Assembly: GCF_000143415.4 (NCBI RefSeq)
Contig: NW_003314261.1
Span: 248,001-312,000 of the forward strand
Direction: 5' to 3'
Length of the DNA: 64,000 nucleotides
Origin: Selaginella moellendorffii
Taxonomy: Eukaryota > Plantae > Lycopodiophyta
Shown here: piece by piece, positions 49,150-61,308 of the stretch
Numbering within the stretch: position 1 is the first letter of the stretch
Layout: every line of letters starts with the position of its first letter
Position numbers and translations under genes: made by a program
The notes under the pieces: model-generated
Seen by the model: the letters and a program-made list of their open reading frames with translations, nothing else
Told to the model about the DNA's origin: nothing
Database searches by the model: none

Positions 49150-50500
49150 CACACCCAACACCGTTGGTTGTTCACTTAGCAGTCTGGATTTTCTTCTCTG
49201 CCCGGACAAGTTCAGCATTGAACGCGGAGACTATTGGAATTCGCATGATGCTCCATGGTTGCGTAGGTCTTCTTTGCTCCTCTGTGGCCACTCGGTCCTT
49301 GCCTTTCCGCATGAGAAAGGCTGCTTTCGCATTCGCAAGAGATTCATCCACGAGGTCCACGTAGCCAACGGGATCAATGACTGCAACGCCCCACCACCTC
49401 AGCCCCAGAGCAAGGAACCTTGTTGTGCTTAGTCCTTTTACATTTCGTAGCATGGCTCCCCACGAGACGGTGGTGTACGTGGTTTGTAGCAGTCTGTCCT
49501 TTACCTTGTTGCAGCTGCTCCTGGACATCGTCAAAGGTAAAACTTTAGTGTTAGCCCGATATGGCATTTCCCAGCGGCTTGTGAAGCAAATTCAACCCAC
49601 CGTCGCCTTCATTGCCGAGGAACTCAGGTACCTGAGGACAGTGTTTCCAAGCCTCTCCGTTCTCACGCACTTGGCTCCTCGAGCTGGCGAAGTTGTCTCT
49701 GGTGAGCCCGATGCAACGCAGTGCAGGACGAAGGTTTTTTCTCCTGAATCTGGCTTTCATCATTTCCATGTTTAGCCAACGATCTGCAACTGAACCAACG
49801 TTCCTGCCCTGCTCATCGATGCCAAGGGACACCATAGATCATGCGTAACCTCAAGCTGGGAAGAAACTGTCTTGAGAGCCTAGAGAATATTTGTAACGAT
49901 TCACTAAATCCCAATTGGTGCAGTTTCAAGCATGAACGACGTAATGAGGCATCGAGGATTTTTATGTATAAATTTCAAACTTTGCGTTCCACGCATGAGA
50001 ATGTGCTCGTGCATTGTAATAAGAACTCTGCTTGTTTCGGCTACCCTGCCTTGAGTCGTGTAAGCATACGAGATGATGTCCCATTCCCCGTTCCTCCAAA
50101 GCAGCATCTTGTCGAACACACACTTTGCATCATGCTCCAAGACAATCTCGGGTTGCTAACTTCTCATTTCACAAGATGCCCTCACTTGGGGTGTTATCTC
50201 CTGGAACATTTTGTTCTGGGAGATTTTTTTTTCTGACTGGACAATCGTCGTTAAAGTTGATGCCATCGTTGAAGTCATTCGCTGATAGCAGCAAATGCCT
50301 TGGTGGTCATCCATGTGGCAGTTGACACCATGCCTTCTGCGACGAAGTTTTTGGCCCGGACGACAATGTTGGCGGCTTTCGCAGGTCAAAGAAACATGGA
50401 GAAAGCACATGAGATGCTTGGAATAATCCAAGTTTATGCCCAGAACGGAAACATCTTTGCCACACAGGAGAAGTGGAACTACGTTGCAGAGTGATCAGAC
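49150..50500. pseudogene. Degraded PPR gene fragments on both strands
   Basis: HDAKCVFDKM..IISYAYTTQGRVAETSRVL (-) and TTMLAAFAGQRNMEKA..YAQNGN (+). No continuous ORF. Confidence 0.5.
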
Positions 50501-51065
50501 ACACCGAACGAGCTATCCAAGTTGCCCACTTTGACTATCTTCACGGCAGCCAGTGGATATTCCTAGTTAATGGAGCATAATCCACGTGGCGCCAGCGTGG
50601 CCACGGATGATGACGGAATCGCTCTATTTGGTGTCCGTCTGGCAAACAGAGGCGATTTTACTCCCTTTTTTACCCATAAATCTTTCGCGTCAGGGTAATT
50701 GCTTGCGTGCGACAGGGAAAGAGAGAGAGGAGGGCAGCATCGCACAGGGCAAAGAAAGGTGAGAGAAGACGAAGAGCAGCGGAGGGGCAGGGCTTCTTCT
50801 CTTCCTTCTCCCTTTCTCTCTGCCCACGCAAGCGCAGGCGCAAGCGATCGAGCGATCCCCAGATCCGGCATTGCCCTCTCACTGCGCCGCCGCCGATCGA
50901 GCGAGGAGATTCGTGCGTGTGGGGACTTCTTTAACTCGAGCGCGCTGCGAATTGGAGCTAAGCTTACAGGTTTGAAGGAGCGAATGGATGTGAATTACAC
51001 TGGGTGGGCGGTGGGCTGCTACTAGATTGCGCTCCTCCTCCCTTCCTTTCTTTTGCTTCTCGGGG

Positions 51066-52276
51066 ATGGCGTCCATAGCGGCAGATCAGATTTCCAAGCT
51101 CTGCCCTTGCTCGTCGCGCGTGGACGACATACTGGATCGCTCGGGTGAGGAGCGGCTTGCTAGAACGGGCGGAGGGCCTCAGGATCTCACGCTCTCGCAG
51201 GAGGAGGCGCTTAACAGGTTTAGATCGCTGCTGGTGGAGCACAATCTGGTGCGCAAGCGCGACACTGACTGCGATCTCTTGCGCTTCCTGCGAGCTCGAT
51301 CTTTCGATGTCGCCAAAGCCAAGGCCATGTACGAGGCAATGCTGGACTGGCGCATGCAAGTCGGGGCCGACACCATTCGAGAGGTAAGTACTCCAAAAAC
51401 ATTCCTTTTTTTTTTTTCCGGTGTGTTCTTACTCTTTTTTTTTCGGTGTGTTCTTGGATTCGTTGGATCTGCTTGCTCGTTCCAGACATTCGATTTCCCG
51501 GAGAGGAATTTGGTGAAAGATTTGTACCCACATTTCCATCACAAGACGGACAAGCTGGGGCGACCCCTGTACATCGAGAAACTGGGGCAGCTCCAGGTGG
51601 ACGAGCTGATGAAGATCACCACCATGGACAGGATGATGATGGAGCACATCCAAGAGTGGGAGATTCTCATCGAGTGGAAGTTCCCGGCGTGCTCACGCAA
51701 GGCCGGCAAGACGATATCACAGTCGCTGGCCATCCTCGACTTGAAAGGAGTGGTGAGTGTTTCTTTCCATTCTAGAGGATCTAGCCAGGATCTAGGTGGT
51801 CTATCGATCGCTTGCTCACTCAGCAAACAACGCTTTTGATCTGGCAGACGATGAAACACATGAGCAAGCAAGTCCGGCATTTCATCCAGAACATCTCCAA
51901 AGTGGACCAGGACTACTACCCCGAGTTTCTGGGCAAGATGTTCATCGTCAACGCTCCCATGGCGTTCAAGGCCATCTGGACGGTGATAAAGCCGTGGCTG
52001 GACAAGCGCACGCAGAAGAAGATCGAGGTCCATGGCAGCAACTTCGCTCCCAAGCTGCTGGAGCTGGTGGACAAGCAAAACTTGCCCGAGTTCTTGGGTG
52101 GCAGCTGCCGATGCCCGCAAGGCTGCGAGTACTCGGATGCCGGGCCTTGGAACGAAGCTCGCTACCACATATCGGCCTTGGCGGAGGAACAAGACGATGG
52201 AGCAAGCTTTGGCGATTGCCGCCACCGGAATGTCAAGGACAAGGGACCCATGCAGTGGTCGTGCCTCGACACTTAG
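51066..52276 (+). CDS. SEC14/CRAL-TRIO phosphatidylinositol transfer protein (SFH-like, 3 exons)
   Basis: LLRFLRARSFDVAKAKAM, YPHFHHKTDKLGRPLYIE, KFPACS, ILDLKGV, DQDYYPEFLGKMFIVNAP and LPEFLGGSCRC..GCEYSDAGPW. The 3' end is uncertain. Confidence 0.9.
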
Positions 52277-53108
52277 TCGCGACTCCAGGGATGAGTTATG
52301 GAAATCCGGGGAGAGAAGCACTCACTCGAGCAAGCGTTACAATCCAATCAAAATTAAACTTGGTTCACTGGAGCTACCTCCGAGCGAGTTCACAGAAGTT
52401 GACAGTCGGCAGTGCTAGGTAGACCTTGGATAGCATTGCTGCCTTGGAAGTGATGATACTACAGAGATCTACACACGAAAGAATCCTGGATTTTGTTGTG
52501 GCCGGACCAGCCAATTGAAAAAAACAGTGACACATCTTTTTTTCTCTCTAGCCTCGATCGTCTCCAAAATCCCTCTCTATCATCTATAGCTAGCCAGGAC
52601 AATAAATGCAAGTATCAGGAGATCAACAGGAGAAAGAATGATCCTGCCATCCTGGGCGCGTGGATTGACTCTCTGCGGGTGTAAGATGGACTTTTTTAGT
52701 GCGATGGGTCAACGCTATGTCAACGTCCATGATTTACTCGTTGTCCGAGGCGATTAGTCGTTAACCTCTCGGTTGATGGGGTTTTGTTGTTTGTGCGGAG
52801 GGAATACTCTTTTTGTTCTTGTTTTTTTGGACGCGAATCAAAAGCACATTATTCCTACAAATGCATAGAATCTAGCTCATTGATCGAGAATCGCTTCCAC
52901 TAATGGACGTTGTGAAGTGCTCGCCTTGTAGCCTCTTCGATCATGCAATTATCAAGAGCGGACGAGGAGGAGGAGGATCGAGCAACAACAACAGGGGATG
53001 CGCAGCTCTGGGAGTGAGCAGATCACCATCGCCCAAAATGTAAGGAGAAATTATCTATCCATGGGTGAATAGTATTTTTCTTCTTTGTTTTTTCTGCAAA
53101 CAAGACGC

Positions 53109-55227
53109 ATGGCTTCTCTAAGAGCGGCCCTGCCCCTGTGGTCCGAGGCAGCGGCAAGGAAGCTCGAAGACATGGCGAAAAGCGGCGGCTTGGATCAAGC
53201 TTTCGGGGAATTTGGTGCAGGGTCTTTTCTTCCTCCTGCCGCCACTGCCGCTCTACTGGGACTGGCGCTGCTTTGCATCACCGTCGCCATCTTACACAAG
53301 CATTCTTCGAAACGACGCCGCAACAATCTACCGCCAGGTAACCATTCAATGATCTAAGTTGTTCGAGCATGCATCTGTCGATCAGCCAAAACATTACTGT
53401 AGAGTTTGCTTGTGTGTGGCAGAGGTGCCAGGGCTGCCGTTTGTTGGAAACCTCCTCCAGATGACGGTGGAGAGGCCACACCGCAAGCTTACAAGCTGGA
53501 GTAACGAGTATGGGCCGATCTACACCATCAGGACCGGCCAGAAATCCCAAGTCATTGTCAGCTCGCCAGAGCTCGCAAGAGAGGTGGTAAACAGCATCTT
53601 TCATGGCAAAGCTAACTCATTGGTGGCAGGCTGTTGTCGCCAAGTATTCCTCCATCTCCAACAGGGATTTGGGATCAAACCTTACCATTCTTACCAGGAA
53701 CAGGAAGATCGTGGCAATGAGTGACTATGGCGATCGGTATAGGATGCTCAAGAGAATGGTGGTGAACAACTTGCTCGGACAAACTTCGCAGGTTACTTTG
53801 CTTGATTTATTCTCTAAATCACATTTCCTTTCAGAAAGCTCTGCATGTTCAGCGCGAAAATTACTTGGGAATTGCACTCGACGGCCTGTTTGATGAGCTC
53901 GGGAGGTTTCCTGGTTCTACAGGTCAGGTGAACGCCAGAGATTGCATTGCCAACTTTCTCTTCCGTTTAGGAACGCACCAGGCAAGTGTAAAACATCTCG
54001 AGGAAGAGCTAAAGTTTCGTGATACGTAGGTTTTTGGCCGAGATATCGAGAGTGTTAGAGTTCCAGAGCTTGGAGCAGAGGTGACGAGATGGGAGATTTA
54101 CCGCATCCTTGTGCAGGACGTGATGAAAGCGGCCGTCCAGATCGATTGGAGAGACTTTTTCCCGACCCTCAAGTGGATTCCCAATTGGAAGTTTGAGGAT
54201 GGGATCTACAAGGTGGAGCGCAAGAGGTCTGCGGTGACCAAAGCATTGATGGAGCAGCACAGGCAACTCTCTCGCAGCCAGGTTTGTTTCTGTTGTTTAT
54301 GAGACGCTAGTTTATTCACGAGGTTTGTGTCTTCTACTTTGCAGCAGCGAGACAAGTGCTACTGCGATGTTCTTCTCGACAATGAATCACACTACAGTGA
54401 GGACGAGCTGTTGCTGGCTGCGTGGGAGCCGATCATTGAGAGCTCCGACACGACACTGGTGACATCCGAGTGGGCTCTCTACGAGCTGGCCAGCGCTCCA
54501 AAACTACAGGTAGCAAGATCGACCATCACAATATACACTGGGAAGCTAACATCAAAACTTTTGCAGGAGAAGCTATACAACGAGATCAAACGCGTGGTGG
54601 GAGATGAGCGGATGGTAAGCGAAGACGATCTTCCAAATCTTCCCTTCCTCAACGCTGTCATCAAAGAGACGCTGAGAAAATACAGCCCCGTTCCAATTCT
54701 ACCCCCGAGATACATACACGAGCAAGTCGAGCTGGGTGGCTACACCATTCCGGCTGGCTACCAGGTGAGTGAAAGCCAAAGGTTTCTTGTTCATAGCTCG
54801 ATCACAATGTAAAAATTTCCAGCTGATTGTCAACATCTTTGGAATCCACCACGACCCGAAACGCTGGAGCAATCCCGAGACGTGGGATCCATCACGGTTT
54901 CTAGGAGTCGAAGGTGGCAGCTTCGACATGGGATTGACGGACATGAGACTCATGCCCTTTGGCGGAGGCAAACGGATTTGCGCCGGGATGGCCCAAGTTT
55001 TTTACGTTGTTCCCATGATCATCGCCACTCTCGTCCAGCACTTCGAGTGGACTTTGCCGCAAGGTGATATGGACAAGAGGAATGTTGTGGAAGACACGGT
55101 CTATCTCACCACCCAAAAGCTGGAACCTCTCCAGGCCTGTGCCAAGCCTCGCGTGCCTCGCAGGCTTCCTTCCAAAACGCTCAACGCCGTTCCTTCCAAC
55201 AACAAAGTCCCAAAGCACAAGCATTGA
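53109..55227 (+). CDS. KO: ent-kaurene oxidase, cytochrome P450 CYP701 family, multi-exon
   Basis: EVPGLPFVGNLLQM..PH, YGPIYTIRTG, KYSSISNR, VAMSDY, IDWRDFFP, IIESSDTTLVTSEWA, KETLR, PFGGGKRICAG (heme Cys) and LTTQKLEPL. Confidence 0.92.
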
Positions 55228-55350
55228 TGGTGGCTGCCTTTCCCAAAGGAGGGCGAGAAGTGGAGGATAGAATCTCTTCTTCTTTTTTCTTCCACCGCCT
55301 TTAGGTGAGCCACATTGCGTAGCTATCTAGCCAAACAAGTGAGTTGCTTT

Positions 55351-56324
55351 ATGGGAAAGTCTTGCGTGACAAAGCGCGTCTCCTCGTCCTCGACTTCGTG
55401 TTCCTCTTCGTGTTCTTCGTGGTGGTCTCAGACAACACAGAGATTTCTTCTACTCATTGTTTTGATTTGTTTAGTTCAAGTGGAGGCCACGAGCACTCCA
55501 GCTCCAGCTCCAGCCACAGCTCTAGCAAGCAACAGTCTCCAAGGTAAGCAAGTCGCAAGATCTATACATACTTCACACTTTTCTACAATGTAGAGCCAAG
55601 CTTCTTAGTACTCAAAAGATCTTCGGCAGGCAAGGCTTGCATCGCTCAAGCTCGAGGGCGAGGAGCCGGAGTGCCAGTAAGCTCGTGCCACAATGGAAGC
55701 GAGCGGAATGGCATGCTGTGCTACAAGCAGTGCTCCGCAAACCACACCGGAGTCGGGCCGGTGTGCTGGAGATCGTGTCCGAGCGACACCCGCGACATGG
55801 GCGGTGTTTGCTGGAGCTCCTACGGCAAAGGATGCTGTTGCACAGTCTTCGGCTGCTGCGGAGGCTGCAAACCAGGATACAAGGACGCCGGATGCTTCTG
55901 CCGGAGATCTTTCACGAAACATTCGTATGGACGAGGGGCCGGAACTCCGCTAGTTTGCAAGCCCGATGAGGAAGAGAATGGAGGCCTGTGCTACAAAGCT
56001 TGTCCGCAGGGATTCGCGGGCCAGGGCCCGGTTTGCTGGGAGGAAGCGAGCTCTGTGTCGCGCGCATTCCCACACAAGTGCAACGCGGTACTCTACACGG
56101 TTGACAGTGCTACCTGTGCCGCCATAGCCGCGGAGCTCGCTAAAACTGGGAGCTTCACCGCCGTTTGTGTCGCGCTGGGACTGGCCGTCGCGTTCGCTGC
56201 TCCTGGAGCGTCACTGCTCATGCCGGCCGCTTCTTTCTTCTGTGGCAAATCCTTCGACGCCATCGTGGAGCAAGCGCAGCACATATTGGAGATCACGCAG
56301 GCTAAAGCCTGTGCTGCTGCCTAG
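55351..56324 (+). CDS. Secreted or membrane-anchored Cys-rich protein with two GRGAG..C..E.NG.LCY..C....G.GPVCW repeats (2 exons)
   Basis: Hydrophobic signal FLLLIVLICLVQVEA, a GTAAGC donor near 55544, then an open exon with two ~38-aa repeats and a C-terminal hydrophobic stretch. Confidence 0.75.
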
Positions 56325-56557
56325 ATTCGTTCCACTCATATAACTTGAAAAATACCTCGTGGTAAGAGCGAAAGAGGTGTTTGTTTCTTGACGTAGCTAG
56401 GTACGATGGAACACAAGATATGTTTTTCTTTAGTTATATCGATGCCATCGTTGGTTAAGTAGCTATGGAAGTTCACTAGGAAGAGATAGCAGCGTTCTGC
56501 AAGAGCAAGCACCAAAGCTTGTCAGGGAAAGGAAAACATGAGAAGCGAACTTGCCTG

Positions 56558-58242
56558 TCAGCTGGAAGACGCGGGAGTAGCCAGAGTGAGCTGCAGCCGA
56601 TCGGAGATGGTGGCGTTCCTCCCTGGAGCATTCGAGTCATTAGTAGCCATGGCTTGTAGCCTGGTGATGGAGCTTGTCATCTCCAGGTCCAGCTCGTGTA
56701 AGCTCCTCTTCCGCTTGCCAGTCTCCACCACAACACCACACACGCTCGACGAGCAAGGCGAGCATTGCTGCTGTTGCTGCTGCTGCTGCTGGTGATCCTC
56801 ATCCACATCGCCATTACTGTTGTTGGGGGTGGTAGTGTTAGCAGCAGCAGCGGCGGCGGCGGCAGTGTTGGTGGCGTAAAAGTTATTGTCACGCTCATGA
56901 AAGCCGCCGCCAGCGTGGAACACCATATGAGCGTGAGCGTGATGGCTGGCCAGAGCCTGCGCCTGCTGTTGCGCTGGAGCTGTTGGAAATCCGGATCCAG
57001 ACGAAGCGAGCGGCAAAGATGCTGCTGTTGCTCCCGCTGGTTTCATCCACCCGCCACCGCCACTGTCCACAAAGTGATGGTGGTGCTGCTCCAAGTGGTG
57101 CTGGTGCTGGTGCTGGCCATAGCTCCTTCCAGCGGTGGGAGTCGCGGTCCCGGACGAAGAGATGGTTGGGACCATGCTGTTGGAGCCAAAGCCACTGAGA
57201 ATCCCGGGACTGTGGTGGCCGGTCAAGTTGACGCTCACGTTTGCGTGATGGTTGTTGCTTGGAGCAGCGCTAACAGCGGCAGCGGCGGCGGCGGAGCTCG
57301 GATTCACCACCACTCGCATTCCATTGATCCACCTCCCGCTCTTGTTACCGCTATATCTGCTGAGGAGCTCCGTGACGTTGGGCTCCGAGTCACCAACGTC
57401 CGAGCATGGAGTCATACAACCGTCGGGAGTTTCGCAGGGACGAACAACGTTGGCTCTCGCGGCTGACGGACTCGGAATGGCCGGTCCGACGATCACCGGG
57501 CTCCAGCTCCCGCTCGCGTTTCCATACCCGGTCGTGGAGTCGAGCCAGTGCTCGGCCATGGTGACTCTGTCCCACTCGGCCTGCTGGTGGTTCTTGACAC
57601 CCGTGGGATGGTGAGCGTGGACGAGAGGCGCTGGAGCTATGGCACCACCTCCGCCGTTAAGGCTGAAAGGCTTGCTTCCTTTGGGAGAGCTCAGCGGTGG
57701 CGTGACTGGAGCGCTTGAGGCGCCGTGGAAGCAGCTTGTGGGAGTGGTGGTGCCGGACAGACCTTTGAGCCAGGGTATCAAGGAGGCGCCGGACGCGGTA
57801 GTGGTGCCTTGCTCGGTGGGAGTCGTGGTGGTGAGAGTGTGACCATTGCTGCCACCACCATGGTACGAAGAAGTCGGGCTTGGACTCGCCGGGGCCGACG
57901 CGCAAACTTCCATTCTCTCCACGGGCTTGGCACCCTGCATAGTACCACCACTCTGTGAGTCACACTTGGCAGAGAAGCCCTCTCTCTCTTTCTCTCTCTC
58001 GCTTCTAGCAAGCGAAGAACACATACCTTGCGATAGGTGGTTCCATCCTCCTCCACGACCCATCCGGCCTCGGCACACAGCGCCTTGAGAACCTCATTGT
58101 TGTCGCAGTGCTTGGGGAGCTTGTAGTTGCCGAACTGGCGGAGACCCGAGAAGATCTTGGAAGCGATGGCTCGCCGCCGCCGCTCGCGCTTCTTGTTGTT
58201 CTCCCGCTCCTTCCAAGTGGGAAGCCGCGCGCCCGAAGTCAT
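56558..58242 (-). CDS. BZR1: BES1/BZR1 family transcription factor (2 exons)
   Basis: [61 protein letters not shown] and [15 protein letters not shown]-like LQLTL near the C-terminus, plus poly-Q/A/H tracts. Confidence 0.95.
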
Positions 58243-58697
58243 GGCCGAGTGGTGGGGAGAGTGGAAGCAAAACTCTTAACTATTCTCCCAGATCTGATAG
58301 ATGGAAGGAAAACGAGCTAAGCGAGAGAAATGCCACAAGCATTGCTACACAATACCTGGAGCTGCCGCCACAACTAGCTCGCCCTCATCGCTCGCTCGCA
58401 AGAGAAACGATTCCAAAAACCTCTCATTGCCATCACGCCGCGACGGCTGGGCAGCGGCGCTGCCGAGGAATGTAGCCTGGCACCATGAGCTAGAGCTCCA
58501 CAGCAGTAGCAGCAGCGCGCACGCTACCAAGCACCGCCTAAAATCCCCCAAGAAACACGCCAAAGCTAGCCGGGTATGGCGGGGGCGCGGAGTGAAGAGA
58601 AGAGAGAGACGAAGAACACACTCTCTCTCCTCTCTCTTACCGTACGGTAGGGCTTCCGTGGGGCTAGCGGCGCTAGGGTTCCGTTAAATGGGGCCGT

Positions 58698-59168
58698 CAC
58701 GTGCTGCGCGTGCGCCCGTGCGGCCCGCATGCGCACGTGCCGTGGTGGTGCCCATGCATGCATCCGGCCGTGCGCATCATCGATGGCTACATTGTAGATA
58801 GTATCGTATTCTTCTTCTTCTACCTTTGCAATCGTATGGCATCACGCTCACAAGAGGGGAATGTGGATATGGATAGATGGAAAGAAGGGATTTATACTCT
58901 CATCCATACACTCGAATAATGCGCACCCATACGTGACGGGCATGACGGGCGTAGTGGGTGGCGGTTGCCTTGACCGCGAACACAAGGGATATTCCGTGCC
59001 CGCGACGCAAGGAAGGCAACGTGGGGGTGGCTGGTTGGCATTTAATAGGGGCGGGTCACATGCACATGTCATGAGCAACCCAACATATATATGTAAATAA
59101 AAAGTATGACATGACATGGCCACTGGCCACTAGACACACGTGTTGCCCGGCCCCACCAATCACACGTG
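58698..59168. promoter_or_regulatory. Cluster of G-box (CACGTG) and BRRE (CGTGYG) motifs upstream of BES1/BZR1
   Basis: CACGTG at 58698, 58734, 59137 and 59163. CGTGCG at 58709, 58717 and 58769. CACACG at 59135 and 59161. Confidence 0.5.
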
Positions 59169-59316
59169 GGGATGGAGCGCTACGACGTACTCGACTTGGT
59201 ATGGCCCACACTATGGTATGCCACATGGTAATGGTGGCGAATCTAGTAGCATATGCCTCAACGTCCCAACAAACAAACGAATATGCCTTGGAATAATCAT
59301 AGGCCAATAATCATAC

Positions 59317-61308
59317 TTAGCCGACGACGAGCCCACCGCTTGGAGTGAGCCAGTTGTGGCGGAGCATCCCATTTCCCTGCGGCGACACCACCTCCTCGGG
59401 GCAATCTAGTCTCGGCCCGGCGAGCGAGCGGTAGATCAAGCACTGGATTGGATCCCGGCGCGTGCACTCGACATTGCGGTACTTCTCCCCGCCCAGCACG
59501 TCCAATTTCCCGTAGTCGTCCATCCTGAATCCCTGGATCCACATGAGCTTGAGGTCCTCCATGCATCCCACGCCGCGCAGCAGCCCATCGTCGGTGAAGG
59601 GGCAGTCGCGGATCTCCAGCCGCTGGAGGCGCTTGCAGCCCCGCGCGATGGCCAGGAAGCCGGCATCGCTGTCGCCACAGCAGCCGAGGAGCAAGGCCTT
59701 GAGGTTTGCGCCGCGGTGGCCGATCCGGACGAGGCCGTGGTCGGACAGCGCGCCGGGGCGGACGTAGATGCACAGGCGCGACAGCCGGTGGCAGCCGCGC
59801 ATGAGCTCGTCGAAGCCGGCGTCCAGCGGCAGCTCGGTCATGCTGCTCAGATCGTTGGCCTCGGTGAGGATGAGGCGGAAGTCGCGGAGGTCGGGGCAGC
59901 CGCTGCCCACCGCGGCCAGAGCCTGGTTGGACATGTCCGCGACGTAGATGGCCAGCTTCTCGAGCTTGGAGCAGCCGCGAGCCAGGGCCATGAGACCCGT
60001 GTGTGACACCGAGGTCCCCTCGTCGTTGTGGTCCTCGATCCGGACCTTGCGAAGATCCTTGCAGCATTCGCCCACAATGGCCAGGCCTTCATCGCCGATG
60101 ACTGTCCGCACCTGGTTTTCCCGTCAACCATTGCCGCCATAGCCATGCATGCACGTACGTGACATGAGTTATGATCAATCACCGACTCTGTATACCTGAA
60201 GGTTTTGGAGCCTGGTACAGCAGCGGAGGAGGGCGTGGTGCTGTTCCGCCTCGATGGAGGTAGTGGTCATGAGATCCAGCTTGAGGAGCTGCGCCGCCAC
60301 GGAGGTGTAGAGCGGGACAGGGATATCCCCCGAGATGCTGGTGAGATTTCTGGGTAGCAGCGCTCTCATTGTTTGCTGGCCTGTGCTGCTGGTGCTCTGA
60401 TCGATCTCTTCCTGATCGTCTTCCTCTTGCGCGGTGAGGAAGATGCCCAGCTCCCGGAGCGATGTGGACGACGCCAGGGCCTTCCTCAGCCCATCGCCCA
60501 GCCCGTCCTCGCCCTCCACCAGCTTGAGGGACGTCAGGTTTGGGCACTTCTCGATGATGGTTCTCACGTCCTCCACGTTCACCTTGGAGATGCCAATGGC
60601 GAGCTGGAAATCGAGCACCTCGAGCACCCGGTTGTGGAGCGCCAGCTCGTTGAGCCACTGCCCGCCCTCGTCCGAGACGTAGCTGTTCTCCACGTAGAGC
60701 ACCTTGAGGCACCTAGATAGAGTGGATCCAATTCAAATCAATCAGGAGCTATATCATCTTAGAGCTTACTTGCAGGATCCAGTGATGGCTCGCAGGCCGG
60801 TGGTGGAGAAGCCGGAGCAAAAGTCGAGCTTGAGCGTCTCGAGGCTGGCGGCGTAGGCGGTGGCGACGGCGGAGAGGTCCTGGTCGCGGACTTCCATGCG
60901 GCGGAGATGGAGCGCAGAGAGCTGCGGGTAGGCGGGCCCAATGTTTTCAAGCCAGGGGTGGACATGACCCCCCCAGTTGTGGGGAAGGAGATCAAACTCG
61001 TAGGCCCTCGGCTTGGCCTTGAGCTTGAGGCTCCGGAGGTTGGGGAAGCGGCGAGTGAGCGTAGCGGGCGACACCGAGTAGACGAAGGCCACATAGACGT
61101 GCTTGCGCGTCTCCCTGTCCATGGCGTGCCACTGGCGGCACACCTCGGACATCGCCCGCCTCTCCGCGGGGCTGTCCACCATTCCAAAGATGATGCTAAG
61201 CACGCTCTCCAGCAGCAACGGATGCTCGCACACTTGATCGATGATGCTCGCATCGCCATCCCTGCTGTTCCTCTGCCTGGTCCTGCTGCAGCAGCTACGT
61301 TCGCCCAT
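59317..61308 (-). CDS. COI1: COI1-like F-box/LRR jasmonate receptor (3 exons)
   Basis: F-box, then RRFPNLRSLKLKAKPRA..F.LLP.NWGG, WLNELALHNRVLE, VIGDEGL, AIYVADMSN, DFRLIL, ELPLD.G, YVRPGALSD and MWIQGF. Confidence 0.88.

Noticed and set aside
53109-55227. Diterpenoid biosynthetic gene cluster around CYP701
   Set aside because: No terpene synthase or other pathway enzymes in the window.
56766-56862. CAG/GCN triplet runs
   Set aside because: Ordinary poly-Q/poly-A coding tracts in the BES1/BZR1 protein.
59297-60067. 256-aa alternative-frame ORF within the last COI1 exon
   Set aside because: Arg/Pro/Gly-rich off-frame translation typical of high-GC exons.
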